The notes beneath the pieces were generated by a model, which saw nothing but the letters and a program-made list of their open reading frames with translations, searched no databases and was not told the DNA's origin. A program made the position numbers and the translations under genes. From NCBI GenBank assembly GCA_017499595.2, contig CM039007.1:682001-746000 (forward strand): DNA of 64,000 bases, written 5' to 3'. The stretch is from Psilocybe cubensis. Its lineage: Eukaryota. This document shows, piece by piece, positions 11,538 through 22,704 of the stretch; the first letter of the stretch is position 1; each line of letters starts with the position of its first letter.

Positions 11538-14241
11538 ATGGCTCCCAACCCATTCTTGGACTTAGAAGCGAATGTCGATCACGGAGATTCAGAGGATGGT
11601 TCAGCCGAATCTGACGAATTTGGTGCGCATAATATTTCGTTTTACTCAGTCTCATGTCATTCCAACATACGAGATAAACCAAATTTACTCGCAGAATGCT
11701 TCATCGACGACGGAACTCAATCCCATGAAGATTGTGACGGTTCATCATCTGTGGCAATGGACAAACCCATTCCTGTTACAAAGAGAGACCGACTGGCCCT
11801 CGTAATTCAACAAATTGAAGAGAGAACACGTGGTAGATCTCACTCACTGCCCGCCTCTGATATGTACCGGGGTGTGGAACCATTGTATTCAAACGCTGAC
11901 AATCCTACTGTTTTGTCACCGCACGGAAACACTGATTCGGGCTTCGAAAATCTGCCCACGGACTATCCTACATGGAGGATTGGATGTAAAGTAAGTTTAA
12001 TACCATCGAATTAAATTTGTGTGTTGCCAACCATATCGATGAACAATACGTAAGGTCGGATACGAAGAAATCGCGGTCGCTTCTTTACTCAAAAACTCGC
12101 GCCGAGAACATCATATTCGGTCCGCGTTTTCACGCAGTTCTGTACATGGATACATATACTTGGAATGTTTGATGGATCAGCCTATGATTGACCTTATCAA
12201 AAGATCGCCCGGCATCATCGTAAAAACTACGGACGTGCTCCTGAGTCCGATCGATAAGAATGAGGCTCAGCAACTGTTGTACATGGGAGGGGACATTACG
12301 AACCTATCGGTCGGAAAATGGCTCAAGGTTAAACGAGGTGTATACAAAGGCGATGTAGGCTTTGTCGTTTCGAAAGGATCGTGGGGGGTGTCAATGCTTA
12401 TGATCCCCCGTTACGAGTACGTGTCCACCAAAACGAAGTCATCTCGTAAACGGAAGACATACACTGCGGTGCCCGCGCCTAAGCTATTCGATCCGACAGG
12501 CCTTCGTAACTCTCATTTATACATAGAATCAGGCAGAGCATCTGTCTATCGCGTAGGTGATCTGATCTTTGAGCATGGTTTGGCCCGGGTGGACTACGAT
12601 CCCAGACACGTTGCCTCATGTCGTGAAGGTCTGAGTTACGTGACGTATACATCATTTTGTATGAGTGGGCATCCCGCACTCCATCACGCGCCGATACCAA
12701 AGCCAAAGGAATGGATCATGCGAACCATGGAATGGGTGGTAATGAGATCTACAGGTTGGCTCGGAGTCATTGCGCAAGCCGACGACGATAATATGGTCGA
12801 TGTCGATATATACAACAAAGGCTGCGACCATGACGAAACTGGTCAACATTACAACGAAACTGAAATCCACAGAGTTGATACAACTACGACCCAGCTGTTG
12901 ACAACAATACGCACCGTATGGAGTGACATCTTAAAACATTTCGAAATAGGGGATTACGTAGGGGTTGACGCTGGCGTTAATGCTGGACGATCGGGTTGGG
13001 TCGTGGACATCAAGGGAGATGAAATACAACTAATCGATAAGCAAGGCACTACAAAAGACCAGCAAATCAATACAGCCGACTCGATGTTGGAGGCAAGTAT
13101 TTGTCATTTAACCGTATATATACTCTGGCTCATGCATACATCTCAGATTATATATATGCACAGGAATTTCGTTTCTCTGGGAGATGCGACGACATGTCAG
13201 CCTTCATCGCTCCTCGCGCTTATCCCAACATCACACACGACCCGATATCATCGTTGGAAAGGTGTAACTGTGATAGTGAGCAAGGTACATCATACGTTCA
13301 AAGGCTTAATCGGCATTGTCGCCGAGGTACTACAGTCCGTAAGCCCAAGAACAGGTCAACCTGAGTTGCGTTTAGTTGTAGAGCCGACTCGATATGATCC
13401 GTCGAATCCCTTCAAGAAAATTGTTTTGAACAGAGACGACGTACTGGAATACAGGTAAGCGTATTTCATTTACCGATTTGTACTCGCGCTCACGGCTTGT
13501 AGTACCTTTGAGCCTCTAAGCCTGTCGAAGACGTATGATTCGAACGCTGTCCACCAGTCTCGTAACTTCGCCAACCCATCGATCATAATAACCACAGGAA
13601 CTGAAAGCGCTGACAGTGGCAGACATACACCATTGCCTGATACTATTGAGGACACCTCGCCTGCGTGGGATCCATCTGACCATTCAGAAGATTTAACAAG
13701 CATTAGCATAGGAACCGTCGTCGTAAATTCAAGCGACGGTACCAACGTTGCATCTTTAACCACTCCTTGTAATCTTTTGTTGAAACGAGAGCTGATTGGA
13801 GTTCCTTTGACGGTGGAAGAGGCAACCGTCGATGGACACGTTTCTCCGTTGTTTGTAATCGTTCAGGAGGACGTGGATGGGCAGCTGTGCATGATGCGAT
13901 TTACACCCAATTCGAAGCGGACGTTACGGATTGAATCGACCCATATAAAGCCCAAACATCCTACCATCAAGCACGACTTTGGGTTATTAGCCATCATTGA
14001 AGGAGAACACGCGGGTAAATGCGTCAGACGTGTGCATTCTAGGAAGGATACCAATGGCGTGGTATTGGTGGTCAAACAAGTACTGCCCACTGATCGAGGA
14101 GCTGATCAAATAGTGGATGGCGAGCTATTGACGCCAACCGAAAATTGTTGTGTGGCCTATGAAACTCAAAAGAGAAAGAATGCTAATCGGAATCAGATGA
14201 GACACGAACACGATATTTACATTAGTACTCATTTGCCATAA
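11538..14241 (+). CDS. Divergent Spt5/NusG-family transcription elongation factor homolog (acidic N-terminus, NGN, several KOW domains)
   Basis: Predicted exons 11538-11622, 11696-11990, 12055-13092, 13147-13454, 13503-14241. Motifs: NPFLDLEANVD; NGN-like WRIGCK|VGYEEIAVASLL...IRSAFSRSSVHGYIYLE; KOW1 VGKWLKVKRGVYKGDVGFV, LMIPR, PAPKLFDP; KOW KHFEIGDYVGVDAGVNAGRSGWVV; KOW GVTVIVSKVHHTFKGLIGIV. Confidence 0.8.
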
Positions 14242-14415
14242 TTGTTTACTGTATGTCATATGTGTTGTATGCTCTACAATGTAACCAATACAGACATCCT
14301 CATCAACGAGTTATAAAATATATATATAGCATGCAACTATCTATATAACACTGAACATTCATGTATCGACTGCGCTAATTGTGTGGATTGATACCATGCA
14401 CTGGCATACGGTTTA

Positions 14416-15688
14416 CTAGTCGTCGAACAAACTTTCCACAGAATTATTGGGCGCCCTAAACTGTATGTCCTTGCCTGAATCTTTGTCACTGTATATCTTG
14501 GAAGCGTTGCGATCCACTGCCTCTGCTATATTTGCCAATGTTTCGTGATTTACCGCATCGGTCATCGGTTGGAGACGATTGTGTTGAATAACATCATGTC
14601 CTGCAGCGGTGGTTGGTTGGAGACGATTTAGTTGAATGACGTCTTGCCCCGCAACTGGAAGGCGGGTGCGACGACCTTTGTTGCTTGGAGGTCCCGTGAT
14701 GACGGGCACATTGATGGCCAATAAGGACACGAGGGCCTGAGGCAGAATGAAGCAATGTTGTAGATGATGGTGTAGATAAAGAACTCACAGTAGCGCTTAA
14801 TGCATACACAACTAACATTGGATATTGTTGAGCTAACTTGACGTAAATCCCGAACCACACGGCGCTGGACAGCATTATGAAAACGCTGCTGTTGTAACCT
14901 AACGCGACGGCACGCCAACGGTGCGTCAGTCTGAAAAAGGACACGCGGGTTTCTACTATTAGTATAGTCCAGCTTCGTCGAATAATCAAGATATCAGCAA
15001 TGAGTTCAGCTATATAGCAGTCAGCAATGGGCAGTCGATTAGATGAAGTGTGACTTACCTATAAGAGAAAACAACAGCAGAATGTAAGGTGGTTGGCATG
15101 GACACACAGTATCCGACTTGCAATCGGTGTTGACCTTGCACACAAATATGGCGAAAGTGGAGAAGATAATGCCGATTGCGATGAATATGACAGCGTACAG
15201 CCAGCCCCATAATACACGGAGTTGTTTGGCCTTGTGCAGTCGATTCGGTGATAGCACTATACTGGCGCGGGAGACCCTGGACAGCGCATTCGTAGTAATA
15301 AGTGGCCATGCTTGTTGTGGAAAGTGACTACGCACCACAAAACTATAAAGAACGCAAATAGTTCGACTCGGTAGGAAACAGGAAGGGCGGTAGGTGTGTC
15401 GATGGCTATACATAGCAACCCCATGATATATGTCAATCAATGTAAAATAAAAAAAGACTGGCTACAAAAAGAAAAAAAAAAAAAAAAAAAGTATCACAAC
15501 GCACCCAATTTAAACAATGTGAGGGCAATGACAAAGTCTGCAACCACAGCCACAGCCGCCAGCCCATCGTCGTACCAACACCGTTTGTCGCACCGCCTGA
15601 TAATGAGCCTGAAGACGACCAAAAAAATGGCCAAGGCATGGCTGAAAGCCAATCCGTATGCTGCGACTGTAAAATAAAGAGGAAACAA
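14416..15688 (-). CDS. PTH11-like/fungal rhodopsin-domain multi-pass membrane protein (spliced, divergent)
   Basis: Exon peptides FRLIIRRCDKRCWYDDGLAAVA, SRASIVLS, ELIADILII, ALVSLLAINVPVIT follow the order of PTH11-like TM motifs (R..WWDD, SRxSI, D..SD.L, AxSxxxCN). Confidence 0.6.
14557..14652 (-). repeat. Two-copy 48-nt tandem repeat in coding tail
   Basis: Encodes AGQDVIQLNRLQPTTA / AGHDVIQHNRLQPMTD. Confidence 0.85.
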
Positions 15689-16039
15689 ATAAGTTCGTTA
15701 GTTTGTTGTTAGAAAAGGTTTACGAAGAATGCTGCCTTACCTATATTTACGTCCATTCTTTGTTCGCTGGTTTTGAGGGGCCGCAGATGCAGGTGATGGT
15801 AAGAAGTTGGCGGGATACAAATTACGTGGCAAATGGAAAATGGGAAGGCCACCATATATGGACTTTCGTCGCTGGTCACGGATTGTTCGGCATTCAGAGC
15901 GCGGGCTCCAAACGGAAATCGGACAAGCGAACATTGGCTGATAATGCTGTTTACGGGCTACTACAACATCGAATCAGCGACTCAGACGCTGTAGACCATG
16001 AGAAGCCATGATTGAATGAAAGCCGAGACAGATATCACG

Positions 16040-18871
16040 CCCTCTTGTAGGCGATGGTGAGTAAATTTCAAACATAATCAGGATATAAAAGCTTACGATG
16101 TCATACGCGCATGACTCTGGACATGATAAACTTTAACTTTACACCAGGCGACCTACCTGAGATGTTGTCCAATATACAACGGCATTCTGGTATATGGTGT
16201 CCGTTGCTAGGAGTTGAGATAAGTGTCATAATCGAGAGTATCGCCAGGTGTCGAAGACTCACCCGAATCGCCCAGGTCATCGATACGAAGGCCATCTTGA
16301 TACCGACATGAACAGACTCAGACTCTGCATCGACCTCCAAACGAATATTTATCCGAACGAACCACTACAAGCCATATCAGTCACACTCGATGCGGTGCAG
16401 GTGCTACGGAAACGCTTTGTTTGATATAGGTCATCTTGAATACTCGTTCAGCTCGGATAGCCTGTTCGAAACAAACCTACGACGTAGGTATGGTTTATTC
16501 TTAAGCGCATTTATATGCTGGTGTATGGTTCATAGGTGTGGCATAATGATTTTGGTCCATTGAAGTGCCCTGTTGCGCGCAATTGTATTGCCTGACGTTA
16601 CACCGCAGATACAAAGACCCCAATAAATGTCCATAGTCAAGAGGCGGACTATCATGTTGAAGTACTGACACAGAGGTAAGTCTTTTCACGTTATTTGTAT
16701 CACCCTCTCTAGACTTACTTGGGATTCCTTCACGAACACGTAAAAAAAAAAAAACTGACAACGTACGAAGCCAACTAATAACATCTGCAGATTTTGCATT
16801 AAGCCACCGCATTTAGACATTTCAAATATGGGTACGTACCATGGAATACAACTTTGATCTAGGAATTTCAACTTCTCCAACATGCCGGGTCGTATCGTGT
16901 TGTATACACCTCTTATTGGAACTACCTATTATTGTGAGTGCGAAACTATACGGTGGATACACAGCAAGTCATACAGACTTTAGCGTTTAACAGTTGGCCA
17001 GACGCCGTCTTAATCCGTATCTCGCGTCCCATGCGTTGTAAATGTCTTGTGTTTTTTTGCTGAAGTTAGACGACCCATCCATTTTCAGCATGTCTCGGAC
17101 GAAGGTCTATGAACACATTGAAACTCACGACAGTACGCTCGACGTGCCACATTGCAAACACCGACTCCCGTTTAAGCAGTTTTTTACGGAAACTGGATGG
17201 GTTGAAGAGTAGGCGGTGTACAAAGAAACTTTGATCCATCTCTGTTTGGGTGATTTGAGGTTGCACGGTTGCTGAATTCCAAACCAATACACGCGCTAAC
17301 GTCCGTCGGACCGCATTTTCTATGCTATATGTCGGTGCGTCTATTGACGTTGTCCCAGTTAGGTGTGCACCGACAATGTATGAGTAAGTGTGTTGCGGAC
17401 TGGTTGATCGAACCCGGATCTCTATTTGTATGTGAGTGCCATGCTATGTTGACAATATAGGGTGAAACTCACGAGCGCCTAGCAGACGGCAATTAATCTC
17501 ACAGTCTCGCACCTATCCGTTCGTTTGTCGTAAAGACGTTGACCAAGGTGGATGGATGGTGCAAAGAGACACGAGCACTCAAATGAAAGTATATTTCAGA
17601 GGATACATTGACACTCACGGTAACACAGGCATCACGGTACATTCTTCCATCCTCTTCATACGGTTACGAGCTGTTGATCAACTATGGTTGGAGAAGTTGG
17701 AGGATGAGGGAGCGGGCGAATCTTTTGTGGTGAAGAGTATCATTGGATGGAGTGTACTGAAGGTGCGAGGTAGAAGGACTGCGTGCTGATGAGGGCACTG
17801 TTGCCTGTTGAAGACGCACATTCCTCTAGTGCACACAATTGTACGGCCATTAGCAAATGTGAAACAAAGGTAACACCTGTAAGCAGTTCTGAGTAACGGA
17901 AGTGGACAGTAGGTATTTTGGTAGATCACATGCCTGTTCAGTCCGCTTCCGGGGTTCTGTTGTGTGCATTGCGTACACTCCTCTATGTCTCCTATATTCC
18001 ATTCACATCCTGCTATGATCTTCTTCCGTACACTCCGTGGTTTCTGACGCAATGCAACATGAAGTCGTTTAGTTTTATGCCAAAGTATTTGAGAGTCAAC
18101 TGACTTATAAATGCAGTGTGATCAACAATTTTCAAAGTGCCCTCGACGGTCTGGGCGGTACGCCTCTCTATCAATACAAAAGAATCCTGACAGTAAGTAG
18201 CACCCAAACAACTTTCCCCCTCTTAGATTGTTGCGCCACTGATAACCTCAAGCAACTTTTAGGGTGGAAACCATGCGATACCAGTCACTTTTCTTCATTT
18301 CCGTCAACGGTCTACTGCGGTCAAACTTGTATCGAGTGGTATGAGACACTATAACATGACCGAATCCCCTCGATGCACTACTGAGAGAATACGGTACAAC
18401 GGGTATAATCGATATTAGTTGTCTGGAATACATTGATTCAGGTGAGAGACCGATTGCACGGTGAAAGTCGATGTATACTCACACTCCTGACTGTAGACGA
18501 GCTTGGACTGAGATCGAACGAACGAAAATAAACGGACCCTCACCGAAGCCGGTTGACAGCACGTTGGCTGTCTATCCTTCAGAACATATACTGTACTACG
18601 AATTAACAGAAAGTTAATGAGTTGAACGGGCAACGGGAGGATTGTTGCACGCCTGAACGGAATGTGCGTTTGCATTCACTGAAGGCGTCAAAACGAAGTT
18701 TGTTCTACGTGCTAACCTCGGCCCATATAATATACAGCTTATCTCAACATCTGTTGACACAGGTCTGACAAAATCATGCTTTCGAACATCCACCCAGTTT
18801 AACAGATATGGGGAAAATATCGTGGCGAGGTGAATTGCTCCTCGCTGTCTTGTTGATTGAAACGCCTCCAC
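16040..18871 (-). other. Cluster of short-exon hypothetical genes or gene relics; models unresolved
   Basis: Several short minus-strand ORFs with GT-AG intron-like gaps and some in-frame stops; no family recognised. Confidence 0.3.
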
Positions 18872-19094
18872 GTTAACCTTGAAAAAAAAAAATTCAGGAG
18901 AACTGTCACTGCCTTACATCAACGGTATACCAAAACACGACCGCGCAAACTAACGACCGCTCCATAACATCGATTGTATGCACGCCCCATCGGTGCAGGC
19001 AACGATATCATCGCGTCGGACTTCAAAAGCCTACGTAGCACGTGCTTGCATATGTCAACGACCAAACATCTGGTTAGCGAAGTTCTACTTCTAC

Positions 19095-19776
19095 ATGGAC
19101 GTCTTGCACGACAACGCTACGGAAAGTAGTTCCTACAAAAGAGCTATCGCAAGGCGTAACGCCCTACTGAGTGACCCCTTGGCAGCATCGGTCACTGAGA
19201 ACTCAGTGGAGTGTAAAAGTTGCGGGAAGAGCATATTACTGTCGAAGAAATGGCCCTTCGACCCTCAACATTGGACAAAGCATCTCAAGAGATGCGATTT
19301 TACGAGACATTCGAATAACCACAAGGTGAGTGCGAACCATCATTAAGGACACTTTTAATTTTCGTTAACATACATTGTGTAGAGCCGTTCAAAAATTCAA
19401 ATCAACAGACGGAAAAAGAGTAACTGCAACGGTCGGGCAAAGTCGTCAGCGAGGTCGATGACAGAATCAGTGCCTCCACGGCCAATAACCTCAAGCAACT
19501 CAATTCAAGAGACAGCCTCATCAACTTCACTATCGATGAAAGAGCCATTTCAACTACCGTCAACGAGGCTGATAGTAACTAGCAAAGGCAACTGTAGGTT
19601 TCCCAAACACGAATTCGTACTCTACACTGTCTAATTATAATGCAAATACAGATTTTCAGAATTTGATGGATCAGTATACTGTACGATGTCATCCTGACGT
19701 TATCACCAGGCCTCCTTCATGGGATCGCGAAAGATGGGATTGGAGTAATTTGAAGCAGCCTAGATTCGACGATTGA
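19095..19776 (+). CDS. Small C2HC-type zinc-finger protein (three exons)
   Basis: RRNALLSDPLAASVTENSVECKSCGKSILLSKKWPFDPQHWTKHLKRC (CxxC...HxxxC). Introns about 19326-19384 and 19594-19651. Ends WDWSNLKQPRFDD*. Confidence 0.6.
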
Positions 19777-19899
19777 ACTGGCGTTTACAGTACACGCAAC
19801 TTAACATAAATATTTACGTAATGTTTATGATGTTCTTATTTATATTATACAATATGATGATATCAGTATCTAATCTTATCATAGGGTGAGGGAAATCAA

Positions 19900-21927
19900 G
19901 GACTCGTATCGCCGTGCGAAGCAACGGCCCTCAACTCAAGTTTGTGTGTAGAAGATCAAATTCTTTCATGTTGATTGCGGCTCTATGATTCCGAAACGCC
20001 AGTGGATTACAACATTTGTTACAGTGAAAATGCTTTTTCGCTTCCCCGCATTTTGTAAGTGACTGTGCACGCCAAGATCTTTCCTGCCTCCTAGGAAACG
20101 CGCATCCAACTCATTATGTCTGTTTTACTGGCAGTTAGAATCAGGACCGGGGTGGATGATGGAAGATCGTTGTTGTTATTTGTATCTGAAAGATGAATGG
20201 GTAGCATGTGCTGCAATCGGCACTGTTGTAATATGTAATAGTAACTTATCCTGAGAGACAGCCGGGAGGAAGCATTTCTGAGATCAGGACGCGATTTATC
20301 ATCGAGGCGGTATGTGGGATCATCGGATATTCTGGGATGATGCGCCAGTGCACAGGAATAGGCAGATACAATTGAATGGTTAATGGGATCTCATGGTTAA
20401 TGCAGAGAATTTGCCAGGTGGATTGAAGCTAGTAGACGATGTGCAGTATGAACACCGCTGTGTAAAGGCTGTTTGGACCCCTGCGCTGCGGTTGTGTTGC
20501 CAGGGAAGAGCTTCGAAATGGCCAATGTCACTTTGAATGAAGGAGCGATCAAGCGCATATACTGGGGTTTTCGGAAGATGATGTTGATGATGAAGTATTA
20601 CTGATACATTAATATAGGCATAATTTGAGATACATATTTGACACTACGAGATATCAAGGATGGTCCCAGTTTTAATGTACATCAGAGATGATGAGAGAGA
20701 AGTCATAATTCTGAGTGAGGAGATATGGAAGTACAATAATATGTATGCGTTTCTTCTTCTTGGAGATGTAATGGATCCTTTATAGACCTCGGACAGGTCG
20801 GATATCCACTACAGTTTACCCATGTAGGTAGAATCAATGGTCGCCGTTATAGTTCATGATGATATATGTCCCACCTTGACGAGCTGGATAATTCCCTGAA
20901 GCGGACGATAATATAACCCAAGAACCAAAAAAAATCTTAAAACACTCGTTACTGGGCGCTGCCTGGATCGTCAGTCAACCGTCATTATTTCATGATCATT
21001 TTGCTCGACGTTGTGATTTATGAGGACTCCAGTTCGGTTGTCGAAGAGTGAACTACCTCAGCACTTCGCTTCGACGATATATCCTACGCTGAGTAGATAG
21101 ATAGTCTTGAATTTTCGAGGCCAGGGGCCAGAGTGCCTACGTATTATATTCATGACTGTGGTCTACCGAGTACACTGGCTTTAGCGACTCAGCGCAGCAT
21201 CGATTAGGGTCCGTCAACCGACTGCCCGCCCACACGTTTTTCGACTCTTACCCTGGAACTCCATTTGAACTATTGGTTACCCGAGCCTATATGCAGAGCT
21301 AGATCTCAACGTCTTTTTCGAATTTATATTTAATAGGGTGGAGTGTTGCGAGTCTCGACACGGTCTCCCACATGTAGCCTTCCCATCATCATTGTTTTCA
21401 CATCAGTGAAATGGAACGGCGCTTGACCAGCTCTGTCCGACGTAATCAGCCAGCGGCGCTTTGATGACGGCGATTCGACTGCCGACGGCTTCTTCGAGTC
21501 GGTGGCTTTTAATTATAGGCGCCTACGACGACGAATGAGGATTCTTGTACACCTTTGCGCTCTTACTTATGGGTCGCTTACATATCCAACTTTTTTTGAA
21601 AAATCATATAGCTTGCGGTGATACTGGAGAATAAATAGGACTTGTCAGCCATGACGAAATCGAAGAGGAACGCAGCATACAGAGATCGCAGTCGGTTTGG
21701 CATAGATCGGCAATCCTATGAGGCAACGCCAGCACTCGTAGAAGCCACGCCACAGGAGGCGGGATAGCTACAAGGTCATTGAAAAAGCCATTCTGCTGGT
21801 CCTGCGTTGAAGAAATTGATTTTCCAGCCGGGTGACGGTCAAGTAATGGATGAAGTATTGTATCGGTAACTATCGTAATCATTGTACTCTCTGACAGGCG
21901 GTTACAGACGAGATTTTCCGTGCTCAT
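19900..21927 (-). CDS. Multi-exon hypothetical protein(s)
   Basis: First exon ORF 21927-21604 (MSTENLVCNRL...), then short open segments separated by intron-like sequence; structure and 3' end uncertain. Confidence 0.3.
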
Positions 21928-22704
21928 ATATGCGAACGGAGAAGGTGAAGATGTTTTGCTCGAAATTGAAGAAAGGGCACGGTGAACGGCCTCCGGTCAC
22001 CAATTTAGAGGGCGCATTTGCGGTGTATTGAGAGGCAAAGAACAGAAAACAAGAACGATTACAGCGGTATGTGTTTCAACTTATTTTTGGCCAACCCACA
22101 TGTTAAGCGCCCCGCATTCCCGTATACCCCTGTACGTATGCCCGTTAATTATTTGATTCCGGTGAGAGAGTGTTTGCTAGACGTACCGCAAAGGAAGTGG
22201 ACGGTGCCGAACTCGGCAAGAACAACAGCAGGGTTTTGTACGTTTTACTTTCCCTTCGAAAGCTTCAAGAAGAACTCTGCTAGCTAGAAACGAAGGCCTG
22301 CTGGTCAGTGCAAAGGTGGTCCTCAATGGCGGTGTGTAGTGGTGCACTGTGGTTGGTTTGTGGTTTCCTTAGTGACAGGGGGATGGCCGGATAGATCCGG
22401 GGCAGTGGCAATGCTGTATGCAAACAAGGCCCATCCGAAGTCTGCTCTCCTCGCTGGTCTCAGACACCCAGCTTGTACATTCACAAAGTCCCTCGTCGCC
22501 ATCGCCCACAACGACGACGCAGGTTCTCCGTGCTACACACCGCTCATCATAACGACTTTTGGCTTAGAGGCACATATACCCCTTTCACCCTCTCCTTATC
22601 CAGCCAACGATCGTTCGGTCTTTTCCCCCGATACCGACCTTGCATTGATCATCGACGCTCCATCCTCATATCACGACAAGCTCAGATATCGTTTTGCGTG
22701 ACAT

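Larger units (their letters stand above)
1..22290 (+). mobile_element. Giant Helitron-type (RepHel) rolling-circle element with multi-gene cargo; boundaries approximate
   Basis: Central Rep-helicase ORFs flanked by divergent accessory genes, with no recognisable housekeeping ortholog until CLA4 at 22705. Left end not identifiable. Right end inferred between the last cargo gene (21927) and the CLA4 promoter. Confidence 0.6.
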
